Assembly: GCA_045863235.1 (NCBI GenBank) | Contig: BTUM01000013.1 | Span: forward strand, 59,817-123,816 | DNA: 64,000 nucleotides | Source of the DNA: Candidatus Xenobia bacterium | Lineage (GTDB): Bacteria; Vulcanimicrobiota; Xenobia; Xenobiales; QWHO01 | Direction of reading: 5' to 3' | Shown: positions 8,930 through 17,744 of the stretch, in pieces | How the letters are laid out: each line of letters starts with the position of its first letter | How positions within the stretch are numbered: the stretch's first letter is position 1 | The notes under the pieces: generated by a model | The model's input: only the letters and a program-made list of their open reading frames with translations | What the model was told of the DNA's origin: nothing | Database searches by the model: none | Translations under genes and position numbers: made by a program

Positions 8930-10450
8930 ATGGATCTCTCGGCCGCCGGGATCATGGCCCTCCTGGCCCTGCCCACCGCCTGGTTGTTGACTCTCGACCA
9001 GCATGCCCCGATCCGCCGCTGGCCCTGGGCTCTCGCCATCGGCTGGATCTTGCTCTCGGGCTACAGCCTGCCGTTGGCCCTGATCAGCCTTCCAGCCAGC
9101 ACTCTGCTCTGGCTGGGTTGGCGGCGCAGGCTCCAGCGCCAGGCACTGGCCGCCCTGATCCAGAGGGCCGGCTGGGTGCCCTGCCAGCCTCCGGCCGGAT
9201 TCGCCAGCGCCTATCGGACCCGCCAGGGGCTGGTGGTGGCGTTGGGAATCCGCGTGGGGTCGGGAGCGCCCGGTAAGAGGGTCGTGCAGCCCATCGCGGG
9301 CTTTCAGCGCCCCCAGGGCTGGCCCGATGGCTGGCGCCAGGCAGCCGCCCGGCGCAGCCTGCTCTGGCCCCAGAGGGAGCTACCCATCCAGTTCGAGGGC
9401 ACCTTGCTCGTCTTCGAGGCCTTGCCTCAGGCCGAGGTCTTACAGGCTCGGCTCGACGATCTGGAGGCCTCGCTTCTACCGGGCTTCGACTGGGCCACGC
9501 TGGGCCGGCGCCGCTCCAGCCGTGTCTGGCTGTGGCTGGTGGGGGGTGGCCTGCTGCTGGTCGGCTTGAGTCAGTGGGTGGGCTGGCAGAAGCTGAGGGT
9601 CTTCCCGGCCGAGCCCGCCCTGTTGCTGCGGTCTTTGACCAGCCTCCCCCGGCTCGAACGGGTGCTGTCGGCCGTTGGCCGCCCCGCGGTGGCGGTGGGT
9701 GGCGCTCCCTTGACCGTGGCGGTCTCTTCGCCCTACCAGCCCATCGAGCTCTACACCCTGGAGGGCGAGCCTCAGAACCGTCTGGAGGATTCCTCGGGCT
9801 GGACCCCGGCGGTCTTTTCAGAGGGGGAGGTGGTGGCCGTCAGCGCCGAGGGGGTTGTGCGCCGCTTTCCCAGCACCGAGGTCGGTCGCCAGTCGGGCGC
9901 CCCGCTCACTCTGGCTGCGGCCGGGCCCTGGGTGGCCGTAGGGGGCACGGCCCTGGAGGTGGTGACCTATGGCCGCGAGGGCTTGCAGTCTCGCATGACC
10001 TTGCCCATGGCTGCGGTGCGAGCCCTGGCCTGCGCCGGAGAGGAGGGCGTGGCCGGCTGCGAGGACGGCAGTTTGTACCGCTTCGAGCTGACCACTGGAC
10101 GCCTGCTGGCCGCTTTCGAGCAAGGGGGGGCGGCCATCCGGGCGCTGGCCATCGTGGGCCAGCGCATCGTGACGTTCTCGGATGAGGGCTGCCGGGCCTG
10201 GAGCCCGGATCTTGTCCCCTCCATCAGCTACACTCAGGCCCCTGCCACGGCCGGTGCGGCCGACCAGCGCGTGGTCTGCGTGGGACGCTCGGACGGCTCC
10301 ATTGAGGTTTACCCCCTGGAAGGGGGGCCGGCTCGTCTGCGCCTGGTGGGCCATCAGGCTCCCATCGCCTCGCTGGCGCTCAGCCCCGACGGCAAGCGAC
10401 TCTATTCGAGCGCCAACGACACCACCGTCAAGATCTGGCGCCTGGACTGA
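8930..10450 (+). CDS. Membrane protein with C-terminal WD40 beta-propeller
   Basis: N-terminal hydrophobic segments; GHQAPIASLALSPDGKRLYSSANDTTVKIW is a canonical WD40 repeat. Confidence 0.8.
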   Translation: MDLSAAGIMALLALPTAWLLTLDQHAPIRRWPWALAIGWILLSGYSLPLALISLPASTLLWLGWRRRLQRQALAALIQRAGWVPCQPPAGFASAYRTRQGLVVALGIRVGSGAPGKRVVQPIAGFQRPQGWPDGWRQAAARRSLLWPQRELPIQFEGTLLVFEALPQAEVLQARLDDLEASLLPGFDWATLGRRRSSRVWLWLVGGGLLLVGLSQWVGWQKLRVFPAEPALLLRSLTSLPRLERVLSAVGRPAVAVGGAPLTVAVSSPYQPIELYTLEGEPQNRLEDSSGWTPAVFSEGEVVAVSAEGVVRRFPSTEVGRQSGAPLTLAAAGPWVAVGGTALEVVTYGREGLQSRMTLPMAAVRALACAGEEGVAGCEDGSLYRFELTTGRLLAAFEQGGAAIRALAIVGQRIVTFSDEGCRAWSPDLVPSISYTQAPATAGAADQRVVCVGRSDGSIEVYPLEGGPARLRLVGHQAPIASLALSPDGKRLYSSANDTTVKIWRLD

Positions 10451-10605
10451 GGCTGGGTCTCTTGCACGAAACATTACAGCCAGGTTTCCAAGGTTTCCAG
10501 ACTGATCGAGCCGGGCCGGACAAGTGTAACAAATTCTTCAGATACCCGACCGGGCCGAACCGCTATTCTGTTGCAGGGGTTCTGATTTCAGGCTGGAGGC
10601 AGTTG

Positions 10606-12918
10606 GTGACGTCCATCCCGAGCGCGGTCTTCATTCGTCCCCAAGCAGCCCTGGCCGTCGTGCAGGGCGATCTCCGCCCCGACCCGATGAGCCAGCTGAA
10701 TTCCGAGGAGATCGCCGAGCTGGCCACCAGCGCCCAGGGGCTTCAGGTCGAGAATCCCATCCCGGGCGACCAGTTGCAGCGGATGACCGAGGCCGGCAAG
10801 CTCACCCCCGCCGATCAGGACAGCCTGGCCAACCTGGCCCGCCAGGCCCGCACCCAGCACCGCACCTTGCACCAGCGCATTCGCGAAGGCGACCGGTCGG
10901 TGGCCGGAGCCCTGGCCGATCTGCACGTGTTTCTCGACCAGTATCAGCGCTGTCAGGATACCGGAGAGTTTCGCATCTATCGCCAGGCTGTCGGCCAGAT
11001 TGCCGGCGGAACTCCCGCCGATACCCCGGTTGCAGCCGCGCTCTTTCAGGGCCTGGATGAGACCACCGAGGGTATCGGGGCGGTTGCCGAGTCCTATAAC
11101 GCCATGGTGGCTGGCAAACACCCTCTGCTCCTGGCTGGCAATCAGGTGGAAGTGCTGGTGCGCGGCTCCATCTGGCAGAAGAAGCTGGCCCTGCTCGAGG
11201 GAGCCATCCAGAGCGCTCGGGCCGGCCAACCTCAGGAGATCGATCTGCAGTACCACGAGCTGAGCAATCGGAGCTTCCTGGAGAAGGTGGCCCAGGCGGC
11301 CAAAGCCGGGTGCCCGGTGCGGGTCAACATGGACCCCGGGCGACTCGAGAAGGAGCCGGACAGTCGTTCCTTCGATGCCAGCGAGCTGCCGCGCAAGATG
11401 CGCAACCTGTTTCAGCTCTTGAGCACCACCGCAGGCACCGACGCTGCAATCACCCTCTTTCCGGTCTCCAAGAAGCTGGGCAACACCGAGAACCTGATGC
11501 ACCGCAAGCTCTTTCGGGTGGGCGACAGCGTGTTGCTGGGCGGAGTGAACGCCAGCGCCTCGTCGGGCGACAACGTGGACTCGGCCATGCTCATCCAGGG
11601 TCCCGCGGCCCACAAGCTGGTCGAGATCTACCGGCGGGATCTGGCCGAGTCGGCCAGAGCCGACCTCAAGGACATTTACGGTACTCGCCAGCTTTCCACC
11701 CTGCAGGCGGGGAACGCTGTGTTAGGGCCGGCCGGGCTGGTGGCGCTGTGGGAGAGCATCCACTTCCTGGATCAGGGCGCTTTCCCCACCCTGGCTTCCA
11801 CCCCCACCGAGCAGATCGCCACTCATGGCCAGGACATGGCCCGCCTGGTGCAGCTGGAGGACCTCAACGGGGATGGGCAGTCTGACCTGCAGGACTTGAA
11901 GGTCTTCCTGGAGCGAGGGTTGGAGCCTGGCAACTATCTGCACATCACCCCCGAAGGAGCGGATAAGTTGCTCAAGATGCTGGGCTCGGCCGTGCGGCGT
12001 ACTCAGGAGGCGGGGAACGTGGAGCGGGCCGGTCGCGTCAGCGATCCGGACGGGTCGGTCAAGGGCAGCGCCAGCCTGGCCCTGGGCCACCTGCCGGCCG
12101 ACCGACAGGCCATTTTGCTGCATGCCATCGCCACCGCCGATGAGTTTCTGTACTTGCCCGACTTCATGATCACCCCCGCCGTGGCCCGCGCCGTCGCCGA
12201 GCGGATGGCCGAGGTACCGGGCCTGGACGTTCGCGTGGTGGCCGATGCCGGGGTCTATCCAGACGGTCACACGCCCAACGACCTGGGCATGCGCACCCTG
12301 GAGGATGCTGGCGCTCAGACGCGGTGGAGCCTGCTGATGGCTCCCGTCAGCGGACAGGACCGCAAGCTTCACCAGAAGGCCGTGATCACCGAGAAGATGG
12401 CCATGCTTGGCTCCACGAACTTGTCCCGCAAGGGTCTCTCGGAGAACTGGGAGCTGTCGGGCCTGCTCTCGTTTGAGGAGGGCGACGACCCCAATCGCAC
12501 CCGCCTGGTGGAGGACTTCCAGCGCACCTTCGAGGAGGAGGCCATCGACCTCAGCTCCCGCACCATTGCCACGGCCCGGCTCGAAAGCTTACAGGCACGC
12601 GACAAGCACGTTCGTATCGAGGAGGCCCGCTACGGGGTGACCCGGGACATTCTGCGCGCCATCGGGGCCTATGAGATCGCCTCCACTCAGGTGCTGACGA
12701 AACTGGCCGAGGAGACTCCCGGAGTGCGCGAGGCCGCTGCCAGCCTCCAGGCTCAGGGGCTGCCTCGAGGTTACGCTTTACAGCAGGCCCTGCGCGACTC
12801 TCTGGGAGCGGAGCGGTTGGTGGGCGAGCTGCGCAAGACCACCGCCTATGCCGACCTGCTTCGTCTGCGTCGGGGCGAGCGCCTGGACGGCTCGTTCAGC
12901 GAGGAGTCGGCTTCTTGA
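10606..12918 (+). CDS. Phospholipase D superfamily protein with two HKD-like motifs
   Basis: MHRKLFRVGD…GGVN and LHQKAVITEK…GSTN; GGAGG upstream of TTG 10603/GTG 10606. Confidence 0.85.
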   Translation: MTSIPSAVFIRPQAALAVVQGDLRPDPMSQLNSEEIAELATSAQGLQVENPIPGDQLQRMTEAGKLTPADQDSLANLARQARTQHRTLHQRIREGDRSVAGALADLHVFLDQYQRCQDTGEFRIYRQAVGQIAGGTPADTPVAAALFQGLDETTEGIGAVAESYNAMVAGKHPLLLAGNQVEVLVRGSIWQKKLALLEGAIQSARAGQPQEIDLQYHELSNRSFLEKVAQAAKAGCPVRVNMDPGRLEKEPDSRSFDASELPRKMRNLFQLLSTTAGTDAAITLFPVSKKLGNTENLMHRKLFRVGDSVLLGGVNASASSGDNVDSAMLIQGPAAHKLVEIYRRDLAESARADLKDIYGTRQLSTLQAGNAVLGPAGLVALWESIHFLDQGAFPTLASTPTEQIATHGQDMARLVQLEDLNGDGQSDLQDLKVFLERGLEPGNYLHITPEGADKLLKMLGSAVRRTQEAGNVERAGRVSDPDGSVKGSASLALGHLPADRQAILLHAIATADEFLYLPDFMITPAVARAVAERMAEVPGLDVRVVADAGVYPDGHTPNDLGMRTLEDAGAQTRWSLLMAPVSGQDRKLHQKAVITEKMAMLGSTNLSRKGLSENWELSGLLSFEEGDDPNRTRLVEDFQRTFEEEAIDLSSRTIATARLESLQARDKHVRIEEARYGVTRDILRAIGAYEIASTQVLTKLAEETPGVREAAASLQAQGLPRGYALQQALRDSLGAERLVGELRKTTAYADLLRLRRGERLDGSFSEESAS

Positions 12919-15103
12919 CCACCGAGATCAACTCGTAGCGGCCTTTGCGGATCTCCACCACGTAGGCGTTGCGCAGCTCGAGCTGGCGTCCGAGTGCGAA
13001 GGGGCCGGTGACCCCGTGGTAAGGTGGCTGAGAAATCAGGAACTCGTGCACCGTCTGCCGGTCGCGGCCAGCCCGGGCCAGGGCCAGGCCGGCCAATTGC
13101 AGGGCGTCGTAGCTGCCGGAGGGCACGTGGCTGGGCAGATTGAGCCCGAACGACTGCTGATACTCGGCCACGAACTGGCGCACGGCCGGGTCGGGAGCTT
13201 CGGGATGAAAGTAGCTGGCCGTCAGAAGGCCGTTGCAGGCCGAGAGGCCCGGGGCAAAGAGGGCCACCTGGCTGGCCACGGGCAGTCGCAGGTGTTTCTC
13301 AACCAGGGCCTGCTCGAACAATGCCAGCCGTGAGGCCCTGTAGTCGGAGAAAAAGACGCAGTCCACCCCGCGTTGCTCCAGGGTGGCGACCTGGGGAGCA
13401 AAGCTGGCCGGTGTGCCCACGAAGTTGAGCACGGCCACCACCTCGCCCCCTTCCTCCTGAAAGGCCTTGTGGAAGATCTCCGAGCACGAGCCCGAGAACT
13501 TGAGGCTCTCGTCCACCAGCATGCCGGCCTTGCTGAGCCCTTGCTGGCGCAGGTAGCGAGCCAGAGCCTGGATGCGGAAGGTATTGGTGTCGGCCACCGT
13601 GACCAGATAGGGACTGGTTTGCCAGATGGCCGGGTCGGAGGCGGTGGGGGCGAGCAGGGTCATGCGGGCCTGATCGAAAGTCAGAGCCATGTTGAGCGAG
13701 CGCTGGGAAGAGAAGGCCCCGATGGCCAGCAGATACTCGGGAGTGGCGACGATCTGCTCGGCCAGCTTGAGGGCCCGGTCCCCGTCCGAGCCGTCGTCGA
13801 AGACGTCGAGCACCAGCGGGTGCTGGCTGATGCCGCCCTGGGTGTTGATCTCGCGCTGAGCCAGGGCGAAGCCGTAGAGCATGGGATAGCCTTCGACCCC
13901 ATCGGCTCCGGTCAGGGAGGTGATCACGGGCACTCGGACCACCTCGCGCCCGGTCATGCGGGCGTAGAGGTTGTTCTTCAGGATGTGGGCTTCCGCGTCG
14001 TCGGGATGCTGGGTGAGCTGCTTGTCGAGCAGGGCCACGGCCTGGTTGGGACGGCCCTGGGCCACCAGGTCGAGGGCCTGGGCACAGGCCTGGGAGCGGG
14101 GAGTATGGCCGGGAAGGCTGGTTGGCAGTCGCAGAGCCAGGGCCCCCAGCACGAAGGTCAGGCTGGCCAGAGCCAACAGGATGAGCGGCCAGCGCGAGAG
14201 CGGTCGCTGGCGCTGGGCCGGGCGGGCGAGGCGCGGCCGGGAAGGGTCTCCCTCTTTGCGAGGGATCAAGCGGGTGATGGGTGGGGGCAGCCCCAGGTCG
14301 CCCGAGGGCAGGCGGCGCGAGAGCAGCAAGAACAGCTCGTGCACCACCCGCGCCGCCGAGCCGTAGCGCTTGTCCGGGTCGATCTCCAGGCAGCGCTGCA
14401 CCAGTTGCTCGAGCTCGGGGTCGAGGTCGTCGCGATGCTTGCTCAGCTGGTTCGAGCCGTAGACCGGCGAGGGAGCCTGTCCGGTCAGCACGTAGAAGAG
14501 CGTGGCCCCCAGCGCATAAAGGTCGGAGCGGGCATCGGTCTGGCCAGCCTCGTCCCACTGCTCGGGGGGAGCGTAGCCGATCGAGCCCGAGGCGTGGGTG
14601 TCGCGGCTCTTGCCTTCCACGAAGTGGCGGGCCAGCCCAAAGTCGATCAGCTTGAGGCTGCGGTTCTCCTGGACGATGATGTTTTCTGGCTTGAGATCGC
14701 GGAAAATGACGGGAGGCTCGCGCGAATGCAGGTAGTCGAGCAAGCGGGCGATCTCCAGGCCCCAGCGAAGGGCTTGAATCTCGTCCACCCGGCCGCGCAG
14801 GCGGACCTCCTCGTGCAGGGTGCGACCCTCCACATACTCCATGACCAGGTACTCATTGCCCTCTTCGTGGAAGTAGTCCACGATCATGGGCAGGTTTCGG
14901 TGGCGCAGGCCGGCCAGAATGCGTACCTCGCGCTCGAAGCTCTCGCGAGCCCCGTAGGGGAGGCTCTCGGGGCAGAGCATCTCCTTCACGGCCCACTGTT
15001 TCCCGGGCAGGCGCAAGTCTTCGCACAGGAAGACGGAGCCCATTCCCCCGTGTCCCAGCGTGCGCATGATCTGGTAGCGCGTCTGCAGACATTTGTTGCT
15101 CAT
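12896..15103 (-). CDS. Hanks-type Ser/Thr kinase - TM - TPR - type I periplasmic ligand-binding domain (LivK-like)
   Basis: GHGGMG, AVKE, RDLKPEN, DFG and YAPPE motifs; TM helix; AQREINTQGGI…LVLDVFDDGSD and YDALQL…YHGVTG typical of Liv-type SBPs. Confidence 0.9.
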   Translation of the reverse strand: MSNKCLQTRYQIMRTLGHGGMGSVFLCEDLRLPGKQWAVKEMLCPESLPYGARESFEREVRILAGLRHRNLPMIVDYFHEEGNEYLVMEYVEGRTLHEEVRLRGRVDEIQALRWGLEIARLLDYLHSREPPVIFRDLKPENIIVQENRSLKLIDFGLARHFVEGKSRDTHASGSIGYAPPEQWDEAGQTDARSDLYALGATLFYVLTGQAPSPVYGSNQLSKHRDDLDPELEQLVQRCLEIDPDKRYGSAARVVHELFLLLSRRLPSGDLGLPPPITRLIPRKEGDPSRPRLARPAQRQRPLSRWPLILLALASLTFVLGALALRLPTSLPGHTPRSQACAQALDLVAQGRPNQAVALLDKQLTQHPDDAEAHILKNNLYARMTGREVVRVPVITSLTGADGVEGYPMLYGFALAQREINTQGGISQHPLVLDVFDDGSDGDRALKLAEQIVATPEYLLAIGAFSSQRSLNMALTFDQARMTLLAPTASDPAIWQTSPYLVTVADTNTFRIQALARYLRQQGLSKAGMLVDESLKFSGSCSEIFHKAFQEEGGEVVAVLNFVGTPASFAPQVATLEQRGVDCVFFSDYRASRLALFEQALVEKHLRLPVASQVALFAPGLSACNGLLTASYFHPEAPDPAVRQFVAEYQQSFGLNLPSHVPSGSYDALQLAGLALARAGRDRQTVHEFLISQPPYHGVTGPFALGRQLELRNAYVVEIRKGRYELISVVKKPTPR

Positions 15104-15151
15104 GGGCCGAGTTAGCCCTTGGATTGCGGCGGTGAGGAATCCTTCACCCGC

Positions 15152-15688
15152 TCAGATCAGGATCAGACCCCGGCGAATGGCAGCGGTGACGGCTTCGGTG
15201 CGGCTGTTGGCGTCCAGCTTGGTAAAGATGGAGCTGAGATGGAACTTCACCGTGTGCTCGCTGATGCCCAGCCGGCCGGCCATCTCTTTGTTGGCCAGCC
15301 CATCGGCCAGCAAGCTGAGGAGCTCGCGCTCTCGAGCGGTCAACGTTTCCGAATCGGGCTCGGAGGCCGCGGCCAGGTCCGGGTGGAGCACGATCAGCCC
15401 GCGAGCCACCGCCTCCAGAGCGGCCAGGATGTCCTCCTCATCCAGGTCGGCCGGGATCCACCCTCGCACGCGGCTGAGCTCGGTGGGGCGGGGGGGCCGT
15501 CCCGCCAGCACCAGGACGGGTGAGGCGTCCAGCGAGAGGGTCTCCCCTGGCTCGAGCTCGAGCAGCACCAGCTCGGCCGAGCTTTCAACCAGCTCGAACG
15601 AGGGGCTGGCCCGAATGAGCGCAGCCAGCCCCCTTCGCACCGAGTTGGAAGTGGCTCGCACCGCCACTCGGGCGGGCGGACTCAGCAT
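15152..15688 (-). CDS. LuxR-family regulator with degenerate receiver domain
   Basis: LTARERELLSLLADGLANKEMAGRLGISEHTVKFHLSSIFTKL. Confidence 0.9.
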   Translation of the reverse strand: MLSPPARVAVRATSNSVRRGLAALIRASPSFELVESSAELVLLELEPGETLSLDASPVLVLAGRPPRPTELSRVRGWIPADLDEEDILAALEAVARGLIVLHPDLAAASEPDSETLTARERELLSLLADGLANKEMAGRLGISEHTVKFHLSSIFTKLDANSRTEAVTAAIRRGLILI

Positions 15689-16602
15689 CCCGAGTCTTTG
15701 TAGACCTCGCGAAGCACCTCGACCGGTCCGGGACGAAGGCCCGCTTCCAGCGTCACCTCGCGCGGCTCTCCTCCCCGCAGGATTCCCAGCGTGACGCTGT
15801 CACCGGGGCTCACGTCGCCCAGCCGGGCCAGCAGCTCTTCCAGACCCTCGGTGGCCTGACCACCAAGCGAGGTCAGGATGTCGCCGGGGAGCAACCCGGC
15901 CCGATCGCCCGGGCCTTCGGGCTCGACGTGCAGCACCAGTGCTCCCCCGGGGGCCTGGAGTTTGTCGGGAAGTCTGACGCTGTGCATCGCCAGCCCGAGA
16001 TAGGCCCGGCCGATTCTTGCTCCTTTCTGCCAGCTCTCGACGAGCTCACGAATGGTGCCGGCGTCGATGGTCACGACCCCGACCCGGGTCAGGGCGTCGG
16101 TGTTGAGGCCGAGCAAACGACCCTCGGCGTCCACCAGCGGACCGCCCGAGTAGCCCGGGTAAAGCCTGAGGTCGGGTTGCAGGTGCCGCTCCAGGCGCGA
16201 GCCGGCAAAGGTGCGCCACGGCCCCCCGTGCTCGCTAAGAATGCCGAGTGAGCTGCCCAGTCCGTCGACCGGCGAGCGGCCCACGGCCAGCACCAGCTGG
16301 CCGACGACGGGCGGCTCAGCCAGTTGGGGAGCCGGTGCCTCCAGACCCTCCACTTTGAGCAAGGCCAGGTCTCGCCCGGGGTCGCGGGCGGCCAGGCTGG
16401 CCGGTAGCTCGCGACCGTCGGGCACAAACACCGTGAGCCCCTGATCGCGCTTGATGGTATGGGCGGCGGTGACCACCAGGTCACCCCCCCAGAGGATGCC
16501 GCTCGAGGTCAACCGGCGGCGCGCGTTGACCGCCACGGTGAGCTCTCCGGCCTTCTGCACCAGCTCGGTCAGCTGGCGGGACATCTCGCTGAGAATCATC
16601 AT
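15682..16602 (-). CDS. S1C (HtrA-like) serine protease with PDZ domain
   Basis: Catalytic triad in TAAHT, RDLALL and PGYSGGPL; C-terminal PDZ. Confidence 0.9.
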   Translation of the reverse strand: MMILSEMSRQLTELVQKAGELTVAVNARRRLTSSGILWGGDLVVTAAHTIKRDQGLTVFVPDGRELPASLAARDPGRDLALLKVEGLEAPAPQLAEPPVVGQLVLAVGRSPVDGLGSSLGILSEHGGPWRTFAGSRLERHLQPDLRLYPGYSGGPLVDAEGRLLGLNTDALTRVGVVTIDAGTIRELVESWQKGARIGRAYLGLAMHSVRLPDKLQAPGGALVLHVEPEGPGDRAGLLPGDILTSLGGQATEGLEELLARLGDVSPGDSVTLGILRGGEPREVTLEAGLRPGPVEVLREVYKDSGC

Positions 16603-16682
16603 AGTCGTATTATGACGCATCAAGGCCCGGTTTGGCTTCATGCAAACGGGTGGCTCGGGCCCCGGACATTCGGGGAGGCAGT

Positions 16683-17681
16683 CTACTTCTTGGGCTTCTT
16701 GCTGGCCGCTTCCAGCTCTTTGAGGCGCTTCTGGTAGCGCTTCTCCTTGGGAAAGTTCTTGACCAGGGCCTGCAGCTGCTCGCGCGACTTGTCGAATTGT
16801 CCGCTCTTGGCGTAGGCCTCGCTCAAGAGCTCGCGCACCGGACGCGTCTCGGCCGCCGACCCCTTCCGCTCTTTCCATAGCTCCAGGGCCAACTCGCCAT
16901 GGTTGATGGCGCTCTGGAGGTCAGAGGCTTTCAAGGCCGCCTTGGCCTCGTTCAGGGCCCGCATCGGGTCACTGTTCTTGGCCCAGAAAAGGCCCATCTT
17001 CCAGCCGCCGAAGGCCATCCCGGCCAGCATCAGAAAGGCCACCACCCACATGGCCAGCTGCCCGACGGTCGCTTTGCTCTGTTTCTCGCGGTTGATTTTG
17101 GTGGTGTCGGACTCGGTGGCCGCCCACAGCGCTGCCTTCAAAGCCATCGACTCTTTGAGACTCTGGCACTGCCACTCTTCAGCTTCCAGCTTTTTGGCCA
17201 GCGGTTCCAACACGTGGGTGTAGAGCACCCCGGTCAGCACGTCCTCGGCCTTGGGAATTTCGGCGCCCTTGGCAAACCGGGGAAGCTCCATGCGCTGGAT
17301 GAAGGCTGTAAAGACCTCCAGAGCCGGGCTCTCGGGCGGCTCGCCGTCGACTTCCAGGTCGGCAGGCCCTGAATAGGCCTTCAGACGCACCCGCAAACGC
17401 TGGTAGCCGCTGTTGTCCTGGCTTTCCAGGGCGGACAGGGCCTCCTGCAAGATGGACTGAAGATCTTCTTCAGAAAGTCGGTTGCGCCCGAGATTGGTGA
17501 TCAGCAGCCACAGGCGAAACGACTGCATTCCCAGGTAGAGCTCTGCCTCATGGCGCTCTTGCGCATCGATGCGCAGGCGTCGATACTCCTCGAGCACGCC
17601 CTGATAGCCATCCGGAGGAAGGCTCAACAGATCGCGCAGCGCTTTGAGCTGGCTTGGGTTTACGAGAGCTTTGCGGGCCAC
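16683..17681 (-). CDS. Hypothetical membrane protein with C-terminal TPR-like helices (start approximate)
   Basis: Helical N-domain, TM LAMWVVAFLMLAGMAFGGW, TPR-like tail. The upstream part of the 611-aa ORF overlaps PBP1A antisense. Confidence 0.7.
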   Translation of the reverse strand: MARKALVNPSQLKALRDLLSLPPDGYQGVLEEYRRLRIDAQERHEAELYLGMQSFRLWLLITNLGRNRLSEEDLQSILQEALSALESQDNSGYQRLRVRLKAYSGPADLEVDGEPPESPALEVFTAFIQRMELPRFAKGAEIPKAEDVLTGVLYTHVLEPLAKKLEAEEWQCQSLKESMALKAALWAATESDTTKINREKQSKATVGQLAMWVVAFLMLAGMAFGGWKMGLFWAKNSDPMRALNEAKAALKASDLQSAINHGELALELWKERKGSAAETRPVRELLSEAYAKSGQFDKSREQLQALVKNFPKEKRYQKRLKELEAASKKPKK

Positions 17682-17744
17682 GGTCTGGGTCGCTTCATTC
17701 CCCTCCGGGTAGGGCTCGCCCTTCCGAGGGCGAAAATCCTCTTG

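Noticed and set aside
13373..15115. Long antisense ORFs (e.g. 13373-15115, 21140-22885, 27845-28924)
   Set aside because: Shadow ORFs expected opposite real genes in high-GC DNA.
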